Position numbers and translations under genes: made by a program. From assembly GCA_964016885.1 (NCBI GenBank), contig OZ024741.1, positions 364,126,001 to 364,190,000 of the forward strand: a stretch of DNA of 64,000 nt, given 5' to 3'. Shown here piece after piece: positions 38,438 through 51,954 of this stretch. Positions within the stretch are counted from its first letter, which is position 1, and each line of letters begins with the position of its first letter. The notes beneath the pieces were generated by a model. That model was not told the DNA's origin, searched no databases, and saw only the letters and a list, made by a program, of their open reading frames with translations. The stretch is from Eledone cirrhosa (lineage: Eukaryota).

Positions 38438-38583
38438 CAGTGCCGGATTTAGGGCAAACATTGAGGCCCCAAACATTTGAAAAAAAAACAGTAAAACATT
38501 TTTTTGGCAGGAAGATGGACCCACCCCTGGCTAATGGGCCCTGTGCTTAAGCACACCTAAGCACAATGGTAAATCCGGCACTG
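38438..38583. mobile_element. hAT (Tip100-like) MITE
   Basis: TIRs CAGTGCCGGATTTA / TAAATCCGGCACTG; perfect 8 bp TSD ATCAAACC. Confidence 0.92.
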
Positions 38584-41500
38584 ATCAAACCCATGACAAT
38601 GAAAGCACATGCCATATTGGATCCCCTGAGACACCTTACTGTGATTAGGAGCCCCATAAGCTGGAAATATAAATAAACAGTAAACATAAACACTGATACA
38701 TAGATACACACACATGCACAAACATTTGCATACACATATACACATACACATGTTCACACACATATTTCATCAACATCATATATATAGAGAGACGGCCTAC
38801 CTTAAGAGGTGCATGGCCCAAATAATTTTACATATATATATTACAATGTTTTGTGTGTACATCATAAGCCAAGAGTAGATTACTCTAGTGCAAGCCCCCC
38901 ACCCCAACTAGGAGCAATTGGTCCAATTAACTTAATCCAGCCTACTATATATGATGGGCTTCTGCTGTTTCCATCTACTTAATTTCACTCACAAGGCATT
39001 GGTCAACCACAAGCTACAGAAGAAGACACTTGCCCAAGGTGGTAAGTAATGGAACTGAACCTGAAATACTGTAGTTACAAAACAAATGCTTTAACCATGC
39101 AACTATACTTGCACCTGTCTTCATAATTATCCAAGCCTGTCTGTAATATTAAACTCCTCTTTTGAAAAAAACAAATGCAATGTTGTTTTCTTTATGGTGA
39201 AACTGTAGAGACTGGGAAAATTAGTGTTGGTCTTTGTTCGCAAATTAGTTAAGTACATAAAGGTCTGTTAAGGGAAATAAATTATTTTATCACGAGAAGA
39301 AGGGAATTCTCTGTTGAATATCTCAGCTGTATATGTTAAATTTCTCTTCATCCTTACAGCAAAATAATTTAAAATACTTTTAAGACTTTTTTTTGTTTTC
39401 TTCATGGTTGGTTTCATCATGAAATAATTTTCTTGGATGATATGACATAATGGCTCCTTTGTTCTTCACAGCAAGACAAATAAGAACTGAACAAAACTTT
39501 GAAACTCGAAAGCATAATTGACTCTATTACTTAAACAATTTGAGCTAACCTTTTACCTGATAGGATTGTCCAAAGAAAATATCATTGAATGATTTTAGCT
39601 TCCTTGTGAGAGAAGGGAACACATAACACATTATGCATAACACTAAGTTTATTATTATTATTTGTTCATATATTTATATCCCACCCATTTTCAGGTATTC
39701 CAGGTATTTTATACCTGACTCGCTGGATTGCAAACCATTTTCACTTCAAACTATTTCAATTCTACTCCTTTTGCCTGGTAGAAAAAAGTATGTCAAATAA
39801 TTTGCCTCATAACTTCTTTAGTAGTCAATAACTTACAACAACAACAGCATTCTTCTCTGACATACAATAAGACTGACCTAGAAAACTGATAATCAGAATC
39901 TACTTAGACTATGTCCTTTACATATTATAACCAGGTAGGACTGTTATAGAAATGTATATTAACATATCAGTTAACAAAGAATTGGCATTGTCTTTTCTTC
40001 TCATGCTTCCTGCGATGAGTGTTCCAGTAGTTTGAAATATGGAACAGCTTGCTCATGAAATTAATGTGCAAGAGAGTGCATATTCCACAGACACGTGTAC
40101 CATTAACACAGTTCTCAGCAAGACTCAGCATAATACAGTGTTTGACTAGGTGGGGAATTACCTGTATAACTCATTTATGTTAGCTCAATGGACTGGAGTA
40201 ATGAGAAATAAAATGTTTTTCTCAAGGGCACAATGCACTGCCTCACAAACTCACAACCTTACAACTGTCAGTGAAACACCCTTACCCCTAAGTCATTCAC
40301 CTTCATATTTTTTGCTAAATAACTAAATAACTAGATATATTAACACTTTCATTACCATATTTGAAAGGAGTTAAATGAATTAATGCATTAGTACATTTTC
40401 CTATGTGTAGCTGGTTTTGAACAGGTACACCTAGAGCATGCAACTGGGTATTTGGTACCATAGGCTTACCTGACAATGTGTTCCTACTCTTAGTTATGTA
40501 CCCTATTTTACCAAATAAAATAATTTCAACTTACAGTTTAGTAAGCTTGTAGTGATAAGAAATATGGCGAAGTTGATGGTAAGTTGAGTGGCGATAGAAT
40601 GTAGTGTAGATGTAGCAATGGAAGGAATTGGCTTGAGTTTGTTGTTGTTCACTTGACTGTGGCAGAGGTTGTAGTAGTAATTGTTGTTAGTTTGATGGGT
40701 GATTATGCAGAAGGTAAAATTTGTCCCATATATTACATAAGCACTGTGTGAAAATGCAGATGAATGAACAAATAAAACATGATCGCTACTAAAATATATT
40801 TATTAAGTTAATAGCCTGCTACGAGGCTATCATGGACAATGTAATGAAAACAAGGCTTTAGTTGATGTGATATATGCATGTGTGCAATGATTTGAGATGA
40901 TAGTCGTTTGTCTGGTAGAGAGAGAGAGAGAGAGAGAGAGAACCCACAGGGGTCTATGTGATATAGTGGCTACATCTTAATTGGTTGAAATCATTTCTAC
41001 AACTCCTTACTTTGACTCCTCAAGCTGGCTATTTATCACTGTTCCTGTTTCCAGAACTTGAGAATAGACAGATGTGATTTCAATGCCAAAATCGTAGACA
41101 CAAGGACAGCTAAAAAATAATTTCAATAGAAACTTATCTATGGGGCCACACAAGGTTATGTTTTTGGTGGCTGCTTGGTAGAGTGAATTTGAAGAGGGTA
41201 TCAACTTACTGCTACAAGCTAATGAACCTAGTTTTTGGCATACTCTGACCACACTAAAAAAAAATTACCAAACCTGTACTTTCCACAAAACAGCCCACAT
41301 TCACCCACACCTAATCACATGACAGATTATAACACCATATATCCCACTTCACCACTTTGGATATTTCCACTTTGGTCGATAATTTTCTCATTATTAAGCT
41401 GGTGTTTGGAACATAATTTAACAAAGTTTCTTACATAAAATTATGATGAAATGTTTTTTAGATAAATATAAACACTTAAAAAATAAGCATCGTATTATCA

Positions 41501-42412
41501 TAGGACCAGGAGCAGATTCAGGCAGTTTCGTATTGTAAGATGGGCTTTCTTGTCAAATACTCAAATGATTGTTTTTGTCATTCAGCCATATGTCAACCTT
41601 CATTGAGATGTATAATCAACATCTTTCCAGTAGTGACTACCCTATCTTGTTTTCAGAAACGGTGTATCTAGGACTACATTATTCAATGTGTTCTTCCATT
41701 TTTTTAAAAAGACGATATGATGTAATTTGAGGAAGATTTGACTACTACTTCTAGCAATTTGTAGTTGTTTAGCCTTGACTACCAAGATGTGCTGTGACCA
41801 TTCCATCTGGTTTTCAGGAATAGTGTATCTAGGACTATGTTATTCAATGTGTCCTACCATTTTCTAAATAGAGTAGATTGTAGGTTGATCAGATTTTTCT
41901 GCTTTTTCTATTTATTGTTTAGCTCCATTTCAGCTGTGATTGAGGAGATGTATAACCAAAGTCTTTCCAACTCTGACCACACCATCTTATTTTCAGAAAT
42001 AGTTTATCTAGGACTATATTCTTCAATATATTCTTACTGTTAGGGCCTCACAATCTAAAGGGGTCATGATTTTTGTGAGATCTTCTGGTGTAATTTTTTA
42101 ACAAACCTCTAAATTTTATATAGTTTAGGGTCACGCCAAGTCAAACTCTGGCACTGTCTGACTCCAGGGCTATCTTAACAGTAATACAGATCCCTGTGCA
42201 AAGCAATGCACTGGGTCCCTATATATACAGCATACATAGATTAGCATTGGTACTATAGATTATGGTTCTTGACAGTAGAACTACTGTAGGATGAACCTTT
42301 TGAAGTTAGCAAAAGATTACAGAAGTATTGGAGTTGGTAGAATTACAATTGGCATGAAACTGTAATACATAGTTGAGAAGGAAGGAGAGGTTTTAGTTAT
42401 ACATTGAATAAA

Positions 42413-44780
42413 GGCGGTGGATTGGCAGTGCCGGTAGAGGGTCGGACGCCATGCTTTGATGCATAGAGTTACGGCTCTTGCCATTCTGAGTTCAAATCCT
42501 GCCGAAGTTAACTTTACCTTTCATCCTTACGGGGTCGATAAAATAAAGTACCAGTAATGTACTAGGTAATTGCTGACCTTGTGCCAAAAGTAGAAACAGT
42601 TATACATTGAATAAATGACTCATTTTACTTCCTAGTGATTTGTTTGAAGTTATTTGGGACAATGACAGAAAATCATGAAGTGATAATTTGCAGGTTTTGA
42701 ATAAGTTTTTCCTTTGTATAAAATCATTCGCAAAATATTTTCACTTGCTGTTTTCTCTTTTGAAATGCAAACAATTTAACCCTTTTGTTACTATATTTCT
42801 AACAAAATACATTGCTTATAACTTTTAATCAATTTTGAAAATAATGAAGAAATTGGAAAGATTTAGAAATATAACTTACTTTCTCATTATTAAGTTCGTG
42901 TTTGGAATATAATTTAACAAAAAGTTCTTATATAAGATTATGATAGAAAGTTTAAAGTTAAATTAACCACTTTAAAACAAACAATTTTGTATCATAGAAC
43001 CAGAAGCAGTTTCAGGTGGTTTGGTAACAAAAGAATTTAATGAATGTAAACATATTCATTGCATTTTTGTCTGACATGTTTGTATAAAAAAAGTTAAATA
43101 TATTTCTGTTTTTCATTATTGCTCTTTTAAACTTTTAAAGGGCGGTGAATTCGCAGTATCGGTAGAGGGTTGGACGCCATGCTTTGATGCATAGAGTTAC
43201 GGCCCTTGCCATTCTAGTTCAAATCCCGCCTAGGTTAACTTTGCCTATCATCCTTACGGGGTCGATAAAATAAAGTACCAGTAATGTACTAGGTAATTGC
43301 TGACCTTGTGCCAAAAGTAGAAACAGTTATACATTGAATAAATGACTCATTTTACTTCCTAGTGATTTGTTTGAAGTTATTTGGGACAATGACAGAAAAT
43401 CATGAAGTGATAATTTGCAGGTTTTGAATAAGTTTTTCCTTTGTATAAAATCATTCGCAAAATATTTTCACTTGCTGTTTTCTCTTTTGAAATGCAAACA
43501 ATTTAACCCTTTTGTTACTATATTTCTAACAAAATACATTGCTTATAACTTTTAATCAATTTTGAAAATAATGAAGAAATTGGAAAGATTTAGAAATATA
43601 ACTTACTTTCTCATTATTAAGTTCGTGTTTGGAATATAATTTAACAAAAAGTTCTTATATAAGATTATGATAGAAAGTTTAAAGTTAAATTAACCACTTT
43701 AAAACAAACAATTTTGTATCATAGAACCAGAAGCAGTTTCAGGTGGTTTGGTAACAAAAGAATTTAATGAATGTAAACATATTCATTGCATTTTTGTCTG
43801 ACATGTTTGTATAAAAAAAGTTAAATATATTTCTGTTTTTCATTATTGCTCTTTTAAACTTTTAAAGGGCGGTGAATTCGCAGTATCGGTAGAGGGTTGG
43901 ACGCCATGCTTTGATGCATAGAGTTACGGCCCTTGCCATTCTAGTTCAAATCCCGCCTAGGTTAACTTTGCCTATCATCCTTACGGGGTCGATAAAATAA
44001 AGTACCAGTAATGTACTAGGTAATTGCTGACCTTGTGCCAAAAGTAGAAACAGTTATACATTGAATAAATGACTCATTTTACTTCCTAGTGATTTGTTTG
44101 AAGTTATTTGGGACAATGACAGAAAATCATGAAGTGATAATTTGCAGGTTTTGAATAAGTTTTTCCTTTGTATAAAATCATTCGCAAAATATTTTCACTT
44201 GCTGTTTTCTCTTTTGAAATGCAAACAATTTAACCCTTTTGTTACTATATTTCTAACAAAATACATTGCTTATAACTTTTAATCAATTTTGAAAATAATG
44301 AAGAAATTGGAAAGATTTAGAAATATAACTTACTTTCTCATTATTAAGTTCGTGTTTGGAATATAATTTAACAAAAAGTTCTTATATAAGATTATGATAG
44401 AAAGTTTAAAGTTAAATTAACCACTTTAAAACAAACAATTTTGTATCATAGAACCAGAAGCAGTTTCAGGTGGTTTGGTAACAAAAGAATTTAATGAATG
44501 TAAACATATTCATTGCATTTTTGTCTGACATGTTTGTATAAAAAAAGTTAAATATATTTCTGTTTTTCATTATTGCTCTTTTAAACTTTTAAAGGGCGGT
44601 GAATTCGCAGTATCGGTAGAGGGTTGGACGCCATGCTTTGATGCATAGAGTTACGGCCCTTGCCATTCTAGTTCAAATCCCGCCTAGGTTAACTTTGCCT
44701 ATCATCCTTACGGGGTCGATAAAATAAAGTACCAGTAATGCACTGGGATAATTGCTGGCCTTGTGCCAAAAGTAGAAACA
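42413..44780 (+). repeat. 727 bp tandem triplication bounded by four SINE copies
   Basis: SINE starts at 42413, 43141, 43868 and 44595; the intervening ~525 bp segment, which contains a TTAA-type MITE, is repeated three times essentially identically. Confidence 0.97.
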
Positions 44781-44932
44781 ATTATTGCTCTTTTAAACTA
44801 TTGCCAATTATTTATCTAGTTATGGGCATTTCATTAGGATCAAATTGAGAGTTATGGGCATTTCATTAGGATCAAATTGAGAGTTATGAGATGATAAAAG
44901 ATCATTTTAAAGATTTCTAACATGTGCGGTGC

Positions 44933-45262
44933 AGGTGGTGAATTGGCAGAGTCATTAGAACGTTGGATAGAATGTTTTAGGGTATTCGTTCCAACTCTCT
45001 TCTCCCTGAGTTCAAATCCCGCTGAGGTCGACTTTGCCTTTCATCCTTTTGAGGTCGATAATAAAAGTACCAGTTAAGTACTGGGGGCGATTCTTCCTCT
45101 ATATCTCTTTCTCATTTCCTCTCTCTCACTTTCTCGGGAAGAAATCTGCTATACTTAGGCCTGGAGAGGGATGGGATCCTCCAGGCTAAAAATACCTAAG
45201 AAATGCTGTATGTCAATACAGTGCCACTACGACTCAATCAGGAATTATGGGACAATACATAC
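44933..45262 (+). mobile_element. Longer tRNA-derived SINE subfamily (same head and core, different tail)
   Basis: B box GAGTTCAAATCC, Meta-like core, pyrimidine tract, tail GAAGAAATCTGCT...TTATGGGAC; related copies near 48490-48815 (minus), 51397-51730, 57770-58115 (minus) and 58368-58670. Confidence 0.8.
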
Positions 45263-45491
45263 ATGTGCACATGAACTCAAATTTTGTGTGGAGGTGTATA
45301 GACAATTAGGTCATCCTCAGTACTTATTTTAAGGAGTTTGCTTTGCAACCATCTGATTTCAGATTCCATTTCATTGCCTGGTACATTGGGCAAGTTTCAT
45401 TTACTATAGTCTTGCATTGATCAATGCCTTATGAGTAAAATTTGGTAGATGGAAACTGCAGAAGCCTATCCTATATATATATATTGATGAT

Positions 45492-45829
45492 GGAGGCACA
45501 TGGCTTAGTGGTTAGAGCATTGGCCTTGCAACTGAAAGGTTGTGAGTTCAATTCTCAAACCGGCTGATGTGTTGTTTCCTTGAGCAAGACACTTTGCTCC
45601 AGTTTACTCAGCTGTAGAAATGAGATGATAGGGACTGGGATCCATATCATTCCACTGCAAAGTGGTCGTGGAGGTGCCACAGCAAAAAAGCACCCAGCAC
45701 TCACTGTAAATGAGGTTGGTCTTAGGAAGGGCATCCAGCTGTAGAAATCAAGCCAGAATCAGTTCCCGTCCCACCCTTGCAATCAGGGAAAAAGCGGACG
45801 TAAAATGAAATGATGAAATGATGATGATG
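45492..45829 (+). mobile_element. tRNA-derived SINE with Deu/Nin-like core and RTE-derived 3' tail
   Basis: A box TGGCTTAGTGG, B box GAGTTCAATTC, core TCCTTGAGCAAGACACTT..CCAGTTTACTCAGCTGTA, then the RTE 3' UTR motif and ATG tail. Confidence 0.82.
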
Positions 45830-46018
45830 CTTTCTCACTTTTTAGATTATTAAAGCACACCGTAAACACTTTTAGTAAAACATACAAGTCTTCCAGCGAG
45901 GTATGCCTTATTAGTTGAGGACTACTTTTAATTCATTATCTGAAATTATTTCCGTATATATTGTTGTTGTCACCATCTCTATAATTGATCTATATGTAAG
46001 CTGATAACTTGTGAAAAT

Positions 46019-46180
46019 AAACTCTGATGATGCCGTTTTTTGAGCCTATTCCTGATGGTCACAGTATAAAAACATAAGGAAATTGGGATAATAATTTTCT
46101 TAAAAAATTATATAATTTCTGATTTTTATAACTTCACATCCTTGGGATGAAACTCTAATGGCTGAAACATATGTTAGTTT
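46019..46180 (+). ncRNA. Minimal type I hammerhead ribozyme motif (probably in a Penelope-like pLTR relic)
   Basis: Stem I AAACT/AGTTT; CTGATGA 46024-46030; stem II GCCGTT/AATGGC with a long loop; GAAAC 46164-46168; palindromic AC-ATAT-GT stem III; GTT cleavage triplet. Confidence 0.7.
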
Positions 46181-46504
46181 TATAGCATATTGACTCTTTG
46201 GTTTTTCTTAATCTTTATATATCACCTCTGCATGAATCACATTGCTTCGAGCTTTAAATCCTCTGGTAAAGTTTATACCCAATAATAGCCACACTGTTAT
46301 TATTAATAATATATATATATATATATATAAATGTGTATGTGTTTCTGTGTCTGTGTTTATGTCTTGTAATTTAGTGCTTCAACAAAAAGAGATCAATGAA
46401 ACGTGCTAGAGTAGAAAAAATACATAATGTGGTCAATATGATCAATTAAATCCCTGGCCCAGTCTAATGACTGAAACCGGTAAAACAAAATAAAGGATGA
46501 AAAG

Positions 46505-46986
46505 AACCCTTTTGTTACCATATTTCTAATGAAAGACACTGTCTATGATTTCCAAATAATTTTGAAAAAAATCAAGAAATTGGAGAGATTTAAGTAATAT
46601 TACTGACTTTCTCATAAGTTGGTGTTTAAACATAACTTAACCCTTTAGCATTTACATTAGTCTATATTTATATTATATTTTCATGGTAAAGGCTTTACCT
46701 CATATAATTATCTCACATAATATTGAATCTATGAGATTTTGATATTATTTATTTTGAGAACAATACCTTAACATCAGTATGAGCGGTCAGTTACAGCCGG
46801 TTTGAAAAGAAAGAGGTGAGAGAATTCTGGCCGGATATGCCGGTTTAAATGCTAAAAGGTTAACAAAGGCTCTTACATAAAATTATGATGGGGGTTGTTT
46901 TTATTGAATAAATATAAGCACTTTATAGTAAGTGGATATGATGGAACCAGGAGCAGTTTCTGGTGGTTTTGTATGAAAACGGTTAA
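46505..46986. mobile_element. TTAA-type MITE with a second TTAA MITE nested at 46641-46859
   Basis: Outer family (AACCCTTTTGTTACCATATTTCTAATGAAA...GGTTAA) recurs near 20560, 37460 and 42780; the inner element is flanked by TTAA. Confidence 0.75.
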
Positions 46987-48294
46987 AATACCCTAATCTA
47001 CTGGATTTTGGTTTTATTCAAGTTCAGCTTAGTACAAATGTAACGTCATGAAATAATCATTTAGGGTCTGTAATTAAAACATTTGTTCCATATAATATTG
47101 TTTACTGACTGGATGAACATAAAGATTAAAATATTTGCAAGGCAGTAAGTAGTTGGAAGATGATTACAAAACAACAATATATATATATATATGTGTGTGT
47201 GCTCATTTTATGGGGTTTTGTGGTTAACACATTAAATAAGCACTGAATTTAGACTCATATACTGTAAATATTTGTTAATTATGATAACTGTTTCCTACAA
47301 AGTTTTGTTGTGTGCGTGTACACACTCACACACACACACACATATACATACATACACACACACACTCTCACACACACACACACACATATATATATGTATG
47401 TGTATATATATACATGCACATACATACACTCTCTCTCTCTCTCTCCTTTATTGCTAGAATTAATAGAGCTGGACTTAGATGTAAGTATTCTCTTTAGTGT
47501 AAATTAATGAACAATGCCCTCAGGTATGAGATGATCCAGATTCATGTAATGTAATTTAGGCAACCACACCCAGTAGTAATGTTTCATTAGACTAGACATG
47601 GGTATATGGTACAGTTAAATAAACAGCATGAAAGTGTATGGCTTTGTGGTTAGAGTTTTGGGCTCATGATTATGAGGTCTTGAGTTCGATTCCCGAAATA
47701 GGCAGTACACATTTTCTTGTTCATTCAGGTTATTTTCTAGAGACCCTCTGCTTGTGATAAGATAATGACATCCTCATAAAATAGTCTGCTCTCAGCTGTC
47801 CAAGGCAGTTTGCCCCAGATCACAAGAGACATCAGAATGATATAGTTGTCCATAGATTTATACCAACTTTCTAGGTCATGGTCTTTAGGCCAGTGAGTTA
47901 AGACAGTCATTTTATCAACAAAGGTTAATTATATACAAATTTTAACACTATTACTACAAACATCCATACCAAACCATCACACAAACACACACATAATTTT
48001 ACTGTGAATATCTGTTATTTTTCTTATATTGTCACAATAATTTCGATCAAGTTATTAATTAATAAAGTAATAAAGTAGCAACTATTGTTTATTGTTCATT
48101 CACTATGGAACTCCATACAATGCTTTATATACAAAGATCAACTTACACCAATCAAGCCAATGTTTACTCCTACAATTCCTGCCACATACTACAATGTACC
48201 AGTGACCAATTCATTCAACAACACAACATCAAAATCACATCCACTACAATCTGTGAAAACATTTAGTCAACAATCAACCAAACAAATAATCATT

Positions 48295-49105
48295 TAACCA
48301 GCTACAAGAGTAGATAATGAGTTTAATGAGGAGATCAATATGCAAGTAGGAGTTCATCAGAGCTCAGTCCTCAGAGGATATGCATAAGCTGGTGAGAAAT
48401 GAAACAAGCATGCTTCACTGGGTGTGTGGTGTTAATGTGCATGAACAGCAAAGCATGGATGATCTGAGAGAGAAACTGTGTATGCATGCATGTATGGACC
48501 TGTAACTCCTGGGGAGTTGCAGGGGTGTCATATTGATATATGGCATTTCATAGGGTATTTTTTAAAAATATGTCAGAGCTCATCTCCTGGTCTGAATACA
48601 ACATATTTCTTCCAGAGAGAGTGAGAGAAAGGAAGTGAGAAAGAGATATAGAGGAAATCGCCCCAGTACTTGACTGGTACACTTGTTATCGATTTTGAAT
48701 GAATGAAAGGCAAAGTTTACCTCTGCTGGATTTAAACTCAGAGAGCAGAGAGCCGAAATGAATATTGCAAAGCATTCTATTTAACATTCTAATGACTCTG
48801 ACAATTTGCTGCCATTTATTGAGTATAAGAGGAATCAAATGTAGTGTGCCATAGAAATATCTACACTGGTATAGACATGTGATGTGTATGGATGATGCTC
48901 ATTGAGTGAAGAAGTGCCAGGAATCCCCAGTGGAAGGAAGTGCCAGTAGATAAAGACCAAGGAAAACTTGGACAAAAATGGTGAGAGCAGATCTAAAAAA
49001 ACTGAACCTCACAGAGGAGATGCTGTGCTAGAACAGCTCCATCCAACCCATGCAAGTATGGAAAAAATGGATGTAAGGATGTAAAAGGGATGATAATGAT
49101 GATGT
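48295..49105 (+). mobile_element. Old RTE LINE fragments interrupted by a SINE
   Basis: GVHQSSVL-like RT motif, RPRKTWTKMVRADLKKL C-terminus, GAT tail. Confidence 0.65.
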
Positions 49106-49644
49106 TGGTGATCTGTGTTTGTGTTTATGTCTTGTAATCGAGTGGTTCGACAAAAAGCAACTGATAAAATAAGTACCAGATTTGAAAAAAATAAGTACTG
49201 GGGTCAATGTGATCAATTAAATCCCTTCAAGACATTGCTCCAGTGTAGCCTCAGTCAAATGACTGAAACAAGTAAAAGAATAACAGAATTGTTGCACACC
49301 GACAAAGAGAGTTATTACATTATTTTAACTAACATTTATCTGTAAGTTCAATATATCTCATTTACATCATAAGTATAAAAAATAAAAATAAATGAATAGA
49401 CTCTGGAAGTGATAGTTGTTCAAATTACATCCAACAGTGACTGCTGAAAGCCAATGCTTAGGAAAATTCAGTCAACCATGAAATGTTTTTGTCATTTTTC
49501 TGTTTCCTATTGAAAAGATGTATTACAATCTTTTATTTCTTCTATCATAATATTGAGTCACAGCATTTTGAAGACTATGGAAATATTGTATCATCCTCAT
49601 CATCATCATCGTCATCATCATCATCGTCGTCGTCATCATCATCG

Positions 49645-49687
<43 letters not shown>

Positions 49688-51753
49688 TTTAACGTCTGCT
49701 TTCACTGCTAGAAAGGCTTGGACACGTCTTCATAGACTAAGTTAGTACTGAAGCTACGCTACTGATCTAGACAGGCTAGGATCTGCATCTTGCTTATGTA
49801 CAGTCTCATGTTCTACCGAGTGTACAGGAGAGGTTGTCATGTCTTTGACACAACTGAAGAGTTCTTTCAACCTTTTGTTTGGCAAGCTTTCTACAACTGG
49901 ATGCCCTTCTTATTACTAATCACTTTACTGTGTTTACTGGGTGCATTTATCATGTAGATCATCAACACTAGAGAGGCCATCATGTCCTTGACCCAACTGA
50001 AGGATCCTCTCAACCCTTGTTTGTGATAAGTTGACTGAGTTGTTAAAATGTCAGATTACATTCCTACGTATTTGTTCTTGCTCTCTGTGCTCTGAATTTG
50101 AATCCTACCAAGGTCAACTTTGCTTTTCATCCTTTCAAGTACTAGTTCAGGAGCAGTAGATTGACAAAAGAATTAATTGAGATGATTTGCAGTATCTGAC
50201 TGCATTCTGAGTTTAAATTCCACCTCCTTCTGCAAGGACTTGTGACCGGCAGATAGTAAAAGCAATGGAAAAACCAATGGAAACAATGTCTTGTTTTGAT
50301 CTGATGACTGGCTGCTTTCCTTTTTAGATATTTTTGTCAAGCCCCAGGAAGACCTATTATCAAAGACGTTCCAGCTATGACCATTCCATCTATTTTTTTT
50401 TCAAACACAGTATCTAGGATGACATTATCTAATATGTATAGTTCTATAGCTTAGATGGAGAATATAACAGTTCAACCATAGCTGTTTATCTAAGGTCCTC
50501 TTTGGGTATGACTGACCATGGGTTTACACCAGGACATAAGTTGCATATAATTTTATGTAAGAATCTTTGTTAAGTTATGCTCAAAACACCAACTTAATAA
50601 TGAGATATCACTCCGAATTCTTGATTATATTTCCATTAGAAATATGGTAATGAAAGGGTTAATGTAAAAGCCTTTTTTTGTTAAACAATGTTTCAAATAG
50701 CTTAATAATAATTTATGATTTCGGCATACGGCCAACAATTATGGAGTAGGGTAAAGTAGATTAAATTAACCCCAGTGCATTACTAGTACTTTATTCTATC
50801 AAGCCCGTAAGGGTGAAAGGCAAAGCAGACATAGAAACAGCTTAATAAATGTTTCTGATTTAGGCACAAGGACAAGAATTTTAGAGGAGTTGAAAGTCGA
50901 TTAAATCGACCCCAGTGCATTACTCGTGCTTCATTTTATCGACCCCGTAAGGATGAAAGGCAAAGCTAACCTTGGCGGGATTTGAACTCAGAATGTAAAT
51001 AGCCATAACTCTATGCTGCAAAGCATGGTGTCTGAAGCTCTACCAATATTGCCAATCCTAATAATTGTTTCTACTTTTGGCACAAGGCTAGCAATTGTCC
51101 CAGTGTATTACTGGTACCATAAAGGGCCATAACTCTTTGCTGCAAAGCATGGTGTCCGACTCTCTATCGATACTGTAAATCCACCGTTCTCCTAATAATG
51201 AAAACATTAAACTATGTTACTAAATGCTTCCTAATTATTCATTATTTCAAAATTAATTGAAACATGAAGGGTGTGTATTTCATTAGAAATATGGCAATGA
51301 GAAGTTTAAATAAATGAATCACTGATAGACTAATTTACTGAATTAAGAGAGTAATGAATTCTAAACCAGTTCTAGTATATTAAAGAACTTTATATGTGCC
51401 GAATTGGTAGAGTCGATAGAACATCGGGTAGAGTGCTTTGTGCTATTTATTCCAGCTCTCTGCTCTCTCAGTTCAAATTCCGCTGAAGTTAACTTTGCCT
51501 TTCATCCTTTCAAAGTCGATAAAAAAGTACCAGTCTAGTACTGGGGTTGATTCTTCCTCTATACCTCTTTCTCCCTTTCTTTTTCTTACTCTCTATCCTT
51601 CTCTGGAAGAAATCTACTGTATTCAAACTTGTAGCGGGGATGAACTTTAGCAGGTTTAAAAATTTCCTAGAAATTCTGTATGTCAATAGGGCACCCCTAC
51701 AACTCTCCCTCTAATTATGGATCCTTATCATACCATACCATAGGACTTTAAAG

Positions 51754-51954
51754 CAGGCATGTCAAACACGCAGCCCTTTACAAGCACACTTGCAGCCCGC
51801 ACAAATGGTTTTACAGTGCGAGCATGTTTTATCTTCATAATATAAAATTAAACAAATTAGTTGCAATGTGCGCAATTAGTTGTCATGTGTGGCCCTCAGA
51901 CAACACATAGATGACCCATGTGGTCCTCGGGGGACCCTCAGTTTCACATGCCTG
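51754..51954. mobile_element. hAT Charlie-like MITE (same family as 36080-36266, inverted)
   Basis: TIRs CAGGCATGTCAAAC / GTTTCACATGCCTG; perfect TSD CTTTAAAG. Confidence 0.9.

Noticed and set aside
41007-41252. 81 aa ORF as a possible host exon
   Set aside because: No recognisable domain; the opposite strand has a DFNAKI motif suggesting a decayed LINE endonuclease, too weak to call.
45492-45562. tRNA gene (and other A/B-box hits)
   Set aside because: No complete cloverleaf; continues into SINE core and tail; dispersed diverged copies.
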